A stretch of DNA of 63,365 nt, counting the filler, from Octopus bimaculoides (lineage: Eukaryota): assembly GCF_001194135.2 (NCBI RefSeq). It is 8 parts of 5 records of this genome, joined end to end, with 100 filler letters (N's around TTAATTAATTAA, not from the genome) between each part and the next. Parts side by side here need not be neighbours in the genome. Positions count along the whole stretch, not along the records: positions 27,245 to 39,667 come from NC_068981.1; positions 39,768 to 47,354 come from NC_068981.1; positions 47,455 to 63,365 come from NC_068991.1; 5 more parts are not named here. One strand, 5' to 3'. Below, piece by piece: positions 37,873-48,364 of this stretch. The notes beneath the pieces were generated by a model that did no database searches, had not been told where the DNA came from, and was given only the letters and a program-made list of their open reading frames with translations. Positions within the stretch are counted from its first letter, which is position 1; each line of letters starts with the position of its first letter. The position numbers and the translations under genes were made by a program.

Positions 37873-38700
37873 TTCAACGTGGATCAAGCAATCCGGGTCA
37901 AGGGTTCCTTCGATTTGGCGCTGGGTGCCTACGACAGCGCCGACGTATGTAATCTCAATGTACTAAAAATCTTGGACACCTTAGGGATAAAGTACCTTTC
38001 ATTCCTCTTTGGTCTCTGCATTGACGCGCTGCATTTCTAGAGGAGTCAACGAGCACAGTCTTGATAGGCTGAGAAAGGACCTGATTATTGCCCTAGGCGA
38101 CATGGAACACAAAATTACTATCGAGACTAAATTCACTACCGTAGATCTCCTAGATGTCACTTTAGACTTGGGCCACGATACAAAGAGGCCCTACCGCAAG
38201 CCAGATGAGACGCTGTCCTACAACCTCACTATCGTGTTTAAGCACCTAGTGAAGGGTGTCAGGAAGAGGATCTCGAACCTATTCTGAAGTCAGGAAATTT
38301 TAGACGCCGCCGCCCCTACTACAACTAAACACTAGGGTCCAGTAGTTTTAAAGACCGTATCTTCTACATGCCGGGCCCTAGCCCCTAGGAAAGGAGGTGT
38401 CACTGGAACGTCATTTGGTTTGCCCCACCCTTTTCACTCAACGTGAAGTCTAGAGTGGGAAGAATATTCCTCAGGTTAGTAGACAAACACTTTACGCAGA
38501 GTCACAGGTACGGACGTTTGTTCAATAGGAACAACCAAACTGTTTCCTTTAGTTGCGCACCCAACATGAAAAGTACATTAGCAAACACCCATAAAACGCG
38601 GGAGGAGGCCGGTTGGTCATGCATGGTGTACAAAGACTACCCAGTGGAACGGGGGGCAATGCCTGGCCGAGACAGTCATCTATGAAACTGAGGTGATACC
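37873..38700 (+). pseudogene. Penelope-like element: RT C-half, thumb, Cys linker and start of a C-terminal GIY-YIG region
   Basis: FDLALGAYDSADVC, KITIETKFTTVDLLDVTLDL..RPYRKP, NVIWFAPPFSLNVKSRVGRIFLRLVDKHF..NR....SFSCAPNM, WSC....YP...QCLAETVIYETEV; degraded. Confidence 0.85.
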
Positions 38701-38844
38701 CAAACCTAGCGACCATAGTAATAGCAGCAATGGATCATCCAACTACATCGACGGTAATGGAGCAGCGTCAACGGCAGAAATACCTGCACTGACGCCGACG
38801 ACACCAGCACCAGCACTACGGCTAGAAATAATGACCGGGAGGAG

Positions 38845-38968
38845 AGAAGAAGAAGAAGAAGAAGAAGAAGAAGAAGAAGAAGAAGAAGAAGAAGAAGAAG
38901 AAGAAGAAGAAGAAGAAGAAGAAGAAGAAGAAGAAGAAGAAGAAGAAGAAGAAGAAGAAGAAGAAGAA
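38845..38968. repeat. Pure (GAA)n microsatellite
   Basis: Directly visible. Confidence 0.97.
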
Positions 38969-39490
38969 GGGAACAGACGACGACAATGGTGAGGATGATG
39001 ACAACGAAGGTTTAAAGAGGATTGGAAGAGGGCGAGAGAAGTTTTAGAGTCGAAACATTTTAATTGGTTAGCTGTCCTGCGAAAGATTGTCGATATCGGT
39101 TTCAGTTTATGTAATAGCAGAAGCTGTGACTGTAGGTGTTAAGACAATATTCTTTGTAGATGAACGGTCGCTGGTGTGATTTTTATATTGCTGGTCAGTA
39201 TTTCGAATATTGTTGCTGGCATTGTTGGAGACAGTAGAGTGATTGTATTGGCTGGAATAGTTGTAATGCTCCAAGTTATAGTCGGAGCGTGTAGAATGGT
39301 ACTGCTTATTTTGAATACACAATAACTTACACATGAGGTGTTCCTTATCGAGGGAGATCTCGTGGTAGCAACGGTTAATCATATCGTTTAAGCGTAGTAG
39401 TAAATTGTTTGAAGAGTTTACACACACACACACGTACACACACGCGGAAACGCACACACACACACACACACACAAATATATAAATATATA

Positions 39491-39650
39491 TACTCTTTAC
39501 TCTTTACTCTTTTACTTGTTTCAGTCATTTGACTGCGGCCATGCTATCGGTCTCTTTTTGCCGAACCGCTACGTTACGGGGACGTAAAGACACCAGCATC
39601 GGTTGTCAAGCGATGGTGGGGGGACAAACACAGAAACACAAACACACATG
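39491..39650 (-). mobile_element. SINE family A 3' half with an internal deletion
   Basis: catgct joins directly to atcggtc, removing the ggagcacc...acttattct segment seen in other copies. Confidence 0.88.
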
Positions 39651-40479
39651 AAATATATATATATATANNNNNNNNNNNNNNNNNNNNNNNNNNNNNNNNN
39701 NNNNNNNNNNNTTAATTAATTAANNNNNNNNNNNNNNNNNNNNNNNNNNNNNNNNNNNNNNNNNNNNTGTGTGTGTGTGTGTGTATGTGTGTGTGTGAGT
39801 GTGTGTGAGAGAGTGTGTGTGAGAGAGTGTGTGTGAGAGTGTGTGTTCGGAAATAAGACGTACCGAATTATGAATATGCAACTCAAGACGTCTATCTGCA
39901 TAGCAAACAAACAAATAAAAATATAGCAGTGTCCAATAAACAATATAAACAAAACACTCAGCAAAATAAATAAATAAATAAAAATGAGAAGAAATTAATT
40001 CAAACGATTGGCCTTTGATGCAGCTAAGTGTTTAATAAATGACCAGGCCAGAAACAACACGATTTTGGCATTATAAAACACCTAATCAATCAAAATAATC
40101 GAAAATAATCAATCAGTCTGAGCGAGAAACCAGTTAACTGCATTGTGGCAGCAGTAATAACTTTCAAACTAAAATTAACCGCTCGATACTGGTTTCGGAA
40201 GTTTACTTGTTGTTGTTGTTGATGATGATGATGCTGATGATGGTGATATTGTTCTTGTTGTTGCTGCTGGTGTTTTTGTTGTTGTAGTTGTTGTTGCTGT
40301 TGCTATTGTTGCAGCTGATGTTGTTGTTGTACTTTGTAAAAGACCGTCTATTCACTTTGCGTTCGTTCAGCCTGTATTTGAAGCTTCTATCCTCTATTAT
40401 CTTCATCTTGTCATTTAAAAGATGGCTTTATTTAACTATCGGAACAAATAGACTCTAAGAGGGTTTCGTGAAACGATTA

Positions 40480-40710
40480 AGAATGAAAGAGTTGAGCACC
40501 TTTTTGAATTCTTTGTCAAACACTCGTGGACAAAATCAAAAAACAACACAGCACTCATAATTTTCAGAAACATTTTTCTCCCGCTCAGAAATGCTGAGGC
40601 CTGGAATAAACTGCCTGCAACAGTTGTTAGCTATCGGGACACTGTAGCCTTCCTGGCTTCCTGAAATTCCCAAACGGTACACCTGGTGCTACCCCACCAT
40701 TTCTTTTAAC
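40480..40710 (+). pseudogene. CR1-like LINE 3' end
   Basis: TRG...; FRNIFLPLRNAEAWNKLPATVVSYRDT resembles the CR1 terminal FFS.RV...WN.LP..VV motif. Confidence 0.75.
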
Positions 40711-40720
40711 GACTCATTCA

Positions 40721-41142
40721 CTCTTACTCTTTTACTCTTTTACTTGTTTCAGTCATTTGACTGTGGCCATGCTGGAGCACCGCCTTTAGTCGAGCAAATC
40801 GAACCCGGGACTTATTCTTTGGAAGCTTAGTACTTATTCTATCGGTCTCTTTTTGCCGAACCACTAAGTTACGGGGACATAAACACACCAGCATCGGTTG
40901 TCAAGCAATGCTAGGGGGACAAACACAGACACACAAACATACACACACACATCACATACATATATATATACATATATACACGGGCTTCTTTTCAGTTTCA
41001 GTCTATCAAATCCATTCACAAGGCTTTGGTCAGCCCGAGGCTATAGTTGAAGACACTTGCCCAAGGTGCCACGCAATGGGACTGAACCCAGAACCATGCG
41101 GTTCGTAAGCAAGCTACTTACCACACAGCCACTCCTGCACCT
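40721..41142 (-). mobile_element. SINE family A, full length
   Basis: Head, internal microsatellite, body and (AAGAGT)n-like tail are all present. Confidence 0.93.
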
Positions 41143-41409
41143 ACTGTTCACTGTTCACTTCATGTGTATTGTTCTATTCCTGTTCATACAATTTTGGGTA
41201 CTTTTTTCTGATGATGCATCCGAGTATTCTATACAATAACTTCATTATTATCATGATAACCAATGCTGTAGAACAGGGTCGAGATTCATTTGGTACCGGG
41301 CTACACAGGAAGAATAAATTTAAGAATTTTATTTCTATTTTATCGACTATGGTAGTCTGTAGTCTGGTTTCTCTTTTGTACTGCATATGCATTACGTATG
41401 TAATAATTG

Positions 41410-42340
41410 AGTTCAAATCCGCTGAGGTCGGATTTGCTTTTTTAACTTTTCAGAGTCGATGAAAAAAGTATCAGTCGATCACCGAGGTCATGTAATCGAC
41501 TAGCCCCTGTCCACACAAAGTTCAGGCCTTGTGCCGAGAGTAGAAAGAATTAGTATCATTATTAGTTCCACCTCCGGCAGAATCGTTAGAATGCCGGGCA
41601 CAATACTTAGCGGTATCTCGTCTGTTTATACGTTCTGAGTTCAAATTCCGCCGAGGTCGACTTTACCTATCATCCTTTCGGGGTCGATAAATTAAGTACC
41701 AGTTGCGTACTGGGGTTGATGTAATCGACTGCCCCCCCCCTCCCACCAAACTTCAGGCTTTGTGCCGAGAGTAGAAAAGAGTATTAGTTCCACCGAAAAG
41801 GCGGCGAGCTGGCAGAATCGTTGGCACGCCAGGCAAAATGCTTGGCGGTATTTTACCCGTCGCTACATTCTAAGTTCGAATTCCACTGAGGTCGACTTTG
41901 CCTTTCATCCTTTCGAGGTTCATAAATTAAGTACCAGTTGCGGGCCTAGTGCCTAGAGTAGAAAAGAATATTATTAGTCCAACCCAAAGGTATTGAGCTG
42001 GCAGAATCGTTAGTACGCCGGGCGAAGCGCTTAGAGGTATTTCGCCAGTCGCTATGTTCTGAGGTCGACTTTGTTTTTCATCCTTTCGGGGGTCTATTAA
42101 ATAAGTACCAGTTACGCATTGGGATCGACGTAATCGACTTAATCCTTTCCCCCAAGTTTCAGGCCTTGCATCCACAGTCGAAAAGATTATTAGTTCCGCC
42201 GAAGTTGGCTTTGTCTTTCATCCTTTCAGGAATCGTTTAAATAAGTACCAGTCGTGGCCTTGTGCCAAAAGTTTAAAACCATTATTGTTGGGAGCTAGCA
42301 GAATCGTTAGCGCGTTGGGCAAAATGCTTAGCGGTATTAT
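41410..42340 (+). mobile_element. Head-to-tail array of six partial or complete SINE family B copies
   Basis: Repeated gctggcagaatcgttag / gaggtcgacttt.cctttcatcctttcg / aattaagtaccagtt / gtagaaaaga units joined by tattagttccac-like linkers. Confidence 0.9.
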
Positions 42341-42782
42341 ATACATTAGTAAATTACTAATATAATAGTTAAACTATTAACTTATGTGCCATTGATTTTA
42401 TCGATTGAGCTTCTCTCTTAATTATATTTGGTACTCTGGTTAATGAAATATATCGATATATCATGGAAAACGTCGAGAGGAAGAAATACGGAATTTTGAC
42501 ATGCAGTTTCATTTTCGATATTAAGTCAATTCATTTAATATATTGCATGTTACTGTGGCTGTGTAACCCCAGAATAGCCCTGATAAAATACACATAGGAT
42601 CAAACGCGTTTCAGTCTCCATATCTCGACATTTTTTAGACATTATGTATCTACCACCACATCATCAAATGTGCTTGTCTAATTTTTAAGACAATAAAGTA
42701 TCGTTTGAGGAAAATTTGGCTTATATTTCTAGCAGATTAATTGACTACATACAAACATCTTGGTTTTTTTGCGCAACCTATA

Positions 42783-43075
42783 ACCTATAACGTCAGCCCA
42801 CATTCTATGACATCATCTATGATCTACGATGTCAGTCTTACTCTATGACGTCAGCCTTGATCCACGCCAGCCTTATATCTACGACGTAAGCCATAATCTA
42901 TTAGCTCGGCTCTTATCTATGACATCAGCTCTGATCTTATGACGTTAGTTCTGATCTCTGACCTCAGCTTCGATCTACGATACCAGTCCTATCTACGGCG
43001 TCGGCCTTACTCAATCACATGAATCCTGCTCTAACATCTCTGATCAATGATATCAGCTAACATCACTGATCAATG
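42783..43075. repeat. Degenerate ~18-19 bp minisatellite, consensus about ATCTAYGACGTCAGCYYT
   Basis: About 13 recognisable units; perfect TGACGTCA at 42846-42853. Confidence 0.8.
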
Positions 43076-43266
43076 TTGGAGCAAAGAGGTTTCCCTTTTC
43101 TGACTCCACTTTTAAGGTGTTCACAACACTGGTAAACTTATTTGAGACTCAATATCTATTCCCTACCCGCTGAGGTCTAGTTACCAATATCAAGAATTAA
43201 AGTGAAAGTTTAGAAGGCATGTTCTCAAGTCTGATTTTGCCCGGTTCGCCGCTTAATTCAATGAAT

Positions 43267-43482
43267 AGGGCAGTGAGCTGGCAGAATCGTTAGCAAAGCG
43301 GGCAAAATGCTTAGCGGCAATTCGCCCGTGTTTATGTTCTTGGTTCAAATGCCACCAAAGTCGACTTTGCCTTTCATCCTTTTGGGGTTGATAAAATAAG
43401 TACCAGTTGAGTACTGGGGTCAATGTAATTAACTTGTCCCCTCGTCCAGGTTTGCTGACTTTGTGCCAAAATTTGATCCAAT
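43267..43482 (+). mobile_element. SINE family B, full length
   Basis: gagctggcagaatcgttagc...gtcgactttgcctttcatcctttt...aaataagtaccagttgagtactggggtc. Confidence 0.9.
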
Positions 43483-44384
43483 ATTAACCCAGTAAATTAT
43501 GCTCTCGGAATGTTATATTCTAGAAATTTATGGTGTTTCTGTAGTTTTGTGAGGAATAATGTAAATTTTAGATTAAAACAATTTTGCTGAAGTTTATCGT
43601 GTGGAAACAACTACGTCTCATGTACCGCTTAGTTTGTTAGCAAACTAGATTGCTCGCTCCACGAACGAACGGCGTCTGTTGGCTAACAACTGCCATTAAT
43701 GCAGTTACTAACTAATTAATTTAATATGCATGTGCCTGTAACAAGATCTGATAAAATGTTATCAATGGATAAACTTTAAATGATGGAAATTAATTATGGC
43801 TGGTTTACCAGTCGATCATTTTCTGGAGGTACGTTACAGTACCGTTAACTCGTAATGGCGTCGTCAGATATTCTGTTTAAAATAAAATTCATTATAACGC
43901 CTTGGTTAAAACAGGCTTGTTATTAAGATTTGCTTCTGCCACTTATAACAAGCAAAGCAAGTACTAAAAGACAGAAAAGAAGAAAGAGTGATTGAATGAA
44001 TGATAGAAACAAACAAACGAAACGAATAATGAAAGGTAAGGAGGCGAAAGAGAGGAAGAAATATGGGAAGAATATTAAGGAAAACTCAAAGAAGATTAAT
44101 GATTCTGTTAAAGTTTACCATGTGGAAAATTATCAACAAATTATTTTCTGCTGATTTATTCTTAGCGAACAATTTCTAATTAAGATTACTTTCGAATAAG
44201 TAAACTTTTCTGAAGATAGGAAAAATTATAAATAACCAATAAATATATACAAATTCTTTAAATTGCTCGAGTAATTTTCATTAAGATTTTCGGTTAACAT
44301 GATGGTAAAAGACACACCTGTCATATAAGAATAATATATCTGAAGGATAAAAGTCTCAGGCGGAACATTCTGGATATTCTTAGA

Positions 44385-44555
44385 GAGGGGGCCAGTCGAT
44401 TAGATCGGCCCCAGTTCGCAACTGGTACTTATCGACCCCGAAAGGATGAAAGGCAAAGTCGACCTCGGCGGAGTTTGAACTCAGAATGTAATGACAGACC
44501 AAATACTGCTAAGCGTTTCGCCCGGCGTGCTAACCACTCTGCCAGCTCGCCGCCT
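44385..44555 (-). mobile_element. SINE family B
   Basis: actggtacttatcgaccccgaaaggatgaaaggcaaagtcgacctcggcgg...ctgccagctcgccgcc. Confidence 0.92.
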
Positions 44556-45314
44556 GGAAAGTTCTGGATATTAAACAGAAATATGGTTGGGTCTGACATA
44601 TGTAACATATTATTACATACAACCTTGCTAATTAATGATGATAATTAGCGCGATGAGTGTTGTCTTGAGCATTAAGTTTGGCATTAAAATTGTAATAAAG
44701 AAAAATTATTCTTCGATTTAATTTTGACTTGTTGTCTGCTGCACACCTAGCTCTCTCTCTCTTTCCCTTTGTATCAGAACATTACTGAAGAATTTGGAAC
44801 GCTCATTACGCATATTCTTTATTAGGTTTCGTAGACGTGGGTTAAGACCAAAGAGTAGGTAATCCTGTAATAACTGGTTGGAAAAATGAAAATATTAATC
44901 AATAACTGATATTATGTATATTTTTTTCATCATACGGCGTATATAGTCTTTTTATATTCCCAGAATTAAACATGCTGACACTAACTTACATCACGTTTTT
45001 CATTTAAATAACGACGCCAATAACTGTACAGTTTTAGTTATTAATTCATGACTAACTCAGTAAGATGAAGGCTATTCCTCGCTGATGAGGCAACAATAAG
45101 ACCGAAATATGTTGCTGGAAAAATTGAAAAAAAAAAAGCAATACTAACCACTACCGTCACCACAACTACTATCCCCCCCACCACCACCACCACCAATACC
45201 ATCGCTATAACTTTATTTCAGCTGCCCTAGTACCGGGCATCCTCCGGAGGCCAAGAGTAGCAAGAGCACTTTTGTGTTGCTATGTATGCTAAAACTATTA
45301 CCACATTTATTCCA

Positions 45315-45402
45315 TTAAGTCGATTAAATAAGTACCAGTTACGTACTGGAGCCCATGTTCCAGATCTTGTGCCTACAGTAGAAAGGATTATTATTATTAT
45401 TA
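45315..45402 (+). mobile_element. SINE family B 3' fragment with (ATT)n tail, tail-to-tail with a family A copy
   Basis: aaataagtaccagttacgtactgg...gtgcctacagtagaaaggattattatt. Confidence 0.8.
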
Positions 45403-45806
45403 TTCTTTTACTCTCTTTTACTTGTTTCAGTCTTTTGACTGTGGCCATGCTGGAACACCACCTTTAGTCGAGCAAATCGACCCCAGGACATTCTTTGGAA
45501 GCCTAGTACTTATTCTATCGGTCTATTTTGCCGAACCGCTAAGTTACGGGGACGTAAACACACCAGCATCGGTTGTCAAGCGATGTTGGGGGGACAAACA
45601 CAGACATACAAACACATACACACATAGAAATATACATATATACGACAGGCTTCTTTCAGTTTCCGTCTACCAAATCCACTCACAAGGCTTTGGTCGGCCC
45701 GAGGCTATAGTAGAAGACACTTGCCGAAGCTGCCACGCAGTGGGACTGAACCCGGGACCATGTGGTTGGTAAGCAAGCTACTTACCACACAGCCACTCCT
45801 ACGCCT
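45403..45806 (-). mobile_element. SINE family A, full length
   Basis: Complete head, body and tail. Confidence 0.93.
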
Positions 45807-45840
45807 ATATTATTATTATTATTATATTATATTATTATTA

Positions 45841-46171
45841 TCATATGTTTGACTTTTGCTTTGCATTTGTACAATTTGGCTCCAAGTCTCAGCCAGAGAC
45901 CTCAAGCGACACCAAGTTATAAGTTCATGTTGGTGTTATGCCTAGGGTATCATATATTTGGTTTTGTTCGAGAGAATGTTTAAGAAAACATAAGAAAATT
46001 ATAAGTTTGTTTTAAAATTTGAGATTGCATAGACAATATTTTACGTAGGTTATGGGCAGTTCCCATGTGCACTATCTTTTGAATTTCTGCTATTTTGGGA
46101 TTTCCTGGTATTTGAGTTAGGTAGGAATCAGCCCTATTTGGTATCATTCCTGGGGCACCCATGACAACAGG
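45841..46171 (-). mobile_element. 5'-truncated R4/Dong-like LINE between (ATA)n tracts
   Basis: PVVMGAPGMI...IQKIVHMGTAHNLRKILS plus 3'UTR; AAT-type repeats on both sides. Confidence 0.82.
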
Positions 46172-46213
46172 TTATTATTATTATTATTATTGTTATTGTC
46201 GTCGTCGTCATCG

Positions 46214-46269
<56 letters not shown>

Positions 46270-46292
46270 ATCATCATCATCATCATCATCAT

Positions 46293-46500
46293 AATAGACG
46301 CCACACAGTATACAATATCGTGAGGTTGTTGATTGGAGATATTGTCTCCCGGGGGTTTGTACTGTCTGTCAAGTCACAACAAGGAAAGACAATACTTTAT
46401 GCAATATGGGTGCAGCTCCAAGTAATGCCGACTTTTGCAATACATCTAGATTGTAGGGTATTTCTAAGGTTTTCAGAAATACCCTACACTCTAGATACAT
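46293..46500 (-). mobile_element. Very short 3' end of another R4/Dong-like family with a 5' foldback
   Basis: TLEIPYNLDVLQKSALLGAAPILHKVLS plus 3'UTR; preceded by (AAT)n and followed by (ATG)n. Confidence 0.78.
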
Positions 46501-46520
46501 TATTATTATTGTTGTTGTTT

Positions 46521-46551
<31 letters not shown>

Positions 46552-47454
46552 ATTTGTACGGTGTACCTTAAGACTTGTAAATAAGGTGTGAAAATATAAA
46601 TATGATAAGAATAGACAAGATAGCTAACAGTTACATATGACGTTTCCATTGACTTATCTGTTTCTAAATCGAGTTGGAAACAAATGAGTTCTGACAGACT
46701 GCTGAAGAACAAACTCTTCGAATGCTTCATGAGAATTGCATATTAGCTGATGTATTGATTTTTGGGTGAAAATTGGTCATATTTGCATATCTATGTATTC
46801 TTTTGGCTTGAAGGTATTGTGTGCAACGTATGAACTCATATGCGTTCACATAGTCGTATATATGTATGTATGTATCTATCTATGTATGCATGTATATATA
46901 TATATGTGTATATATATATGTATATATACCTATATACAGACAAATACACACATACATATGTTTGTAAACGTGTTTATATATGTAGTTTTATATTTTTGCG
47001 TCTGTCTACTTACATTCCCATCTATCTATCTATCTATCTATCTGTCCGTCTATCTATCTATCTCTCTATCTATCTCTATGGACGGACGGTAGACGTGTCG
47101 GCTCTGTAAGTTTTGCCTTTTTCATGTTTTAAAAAGTTTGTTTGTAAAGTTTATTTTATATACAAAGTTGTATAACAACTTGTAGACTCTCTGGTGCAAG
47201 TTTTTTGCGACGGAAATCTGCCCTGTGTGGCACATTTCCAGGATATAAAAACCAATTTCGGCTTTCTAGCCATTTTTTTTTGAGACGATGGCGTCTTGTA
47301 GCCATGAAAATCTTTGTGACACGAACACTGCATTTTGCAGTGTTTCGTTCGAAANNNNNNNNNNNNNNNNNNNNNNNNNNNNNNNNNNNNNNNNNNNNTT
47401 AATTAATTAANNNNNNNNNNNNNNNNNNNNNNNNNNNNNNNNNNNNNNNNNNNN

Positions 47455-47640
47455 ATTTTGTCTGCCGCTATGTTCTGAGTTCAAATTCCGCTGAGGTCGA
47501 CTTTGCATTTAATCCTTTCAGGGTCGATTAAATAAGTACCAGTTACGCACTGGGGTCGATATAATCTTCTTAATCCCTTTGTCTGTCCTTGTTTGTCCCC
47601 TCTGTGTGTAGCTCCCTTGTGGGCAGTAAAGAAACAAGAA
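47455..47640 (+). mobile_element. SINE family B variant (tail gtttgtcccctctgtg...gtaaagaaa)
   Basis: gagttcaaattccgctgaggtcgactttgc...aaataagtaccagttacgcactggggtcgat. Confidence 0.88.
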
Positions 47641-47642
47641 GT

Positions 47643-47802
47643 AACAGACATGGCAGTGTGGTAAGAAGCTTACTTCCCAACCACATGATTCCAGGTTCAG
47701 TTCACTGCATGTTACCTTGAGCAAGTGTCTTCTACTATAGCCTCAAGTCAACCGACGCTTTGTGAGTGGATTTGGTAGACGGAAACTGAAAGAAGCCTGT
47801 CT
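47643..47802 (+). mobile_element. SINE family A, 5' half
   Basis: gtgtggtaagaagctt...gagcaagtgtcttctactatagcc...gtgagtggatttggtagacggaaactgaaagaagcc. Confidence 0.88.
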
Positions 47803-48080
47803 GAAATGAGGAGTAGATGGACAGCCGACAACTGATGAAGAGTTGTTCTTTATGTTACTTGTCTTGTTTTCCATTTGTTTCTCTCATTGTTTGCATACCC
47901 AAGTTTGTTTTTATATTTCATGCTGTTTTCATATTTCATATCGTTTACGTTCTGTGACATCCTGTACACATATATGCATGTATATATACATATGTATGTA
48001 TATATATATAAATATAAAAAATTTTCAGAATGAGATAAAATCCAAGGCTGTGAAAGATTTTAGAACATTTATAAATAGAA

Positions 48081-48133
48081 GGTCTTACAGCTGTTTGCTG
48101 GATATTTTATATATCCCTTCATCGGAGACGGTG
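48081..48133 (-). ncRNA. Minimal type I hammerhead ribozyme, degenerate copy
   Basis: Minus strand gtct-CCGATGA-A-GGGATAT-ataaa-ATATCC-AG-CAAA-CAGCTG-TA-agac: stem I gtct/agac, stem II, palindromic stem III. The core carries U4>C and a misplaced C. Confidence 0.7.
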
Positions 48134-48322
48134 TGAGAAAATGGTTAAGCAATAGTTATTTTAGATAAGATATGAAATAGAGAGTGAAGTGGAGGAATGA
48201 AAATAGACATGAGATATGCAAGGATATTGCATCTGTAGATCCATTATTTAGGCAGAAGTAACAAGCACGGCTGTGTGGTAAGAAGCTTATTTCCCAATGA
48301 TATGATTCCAGGGATATATAAT

Positions 48323-48364
48323 ATGAAAGGATACATAAAATATCCCAGAAACAGCTGTAAGACC
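48323..48364 (+). ncRNA. Minimal type I hammerhead ribozyme, 5'-truncated inverted copy
   Basis: ATGA-A-AGGATAC-ataaa-ATATCCC-A-GAAA-CAGCTG-TA-AGACC; the GAAA...UA half is intact, while CUG and the stem I 5' strand are missing. Confidence 0.65.

Noticed and set aside
39020-39066. Hammerhead-like GAAACATTTT downstream of a PLE remnant
   Set aside because: No CUGANGA strand and no stem II.
42575-42615. CTGATAA...CAAACGCGTT hammerhead-like string
   Set aside because: Both core strands are mutated and there is no stem I pairing.
41410-43075. CRISPR-like repeat/spacer array
   Set aside because: Units are diverged SINE copies or a minisatellite in a eukaryotic context, with no identical repeats, unique spacers or cas genes.
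47321-47348. Short hairpin acgaacactgca-ttt-tgcagtgtttcgt
   Set aside because: Only about 12 bp, beside a gap, with no Helitron CTRR end or other context visible.
47830-47860. CTGATGAAGAG as a further hammerhead
   Set aside because: No downstream GAAA or stem III.
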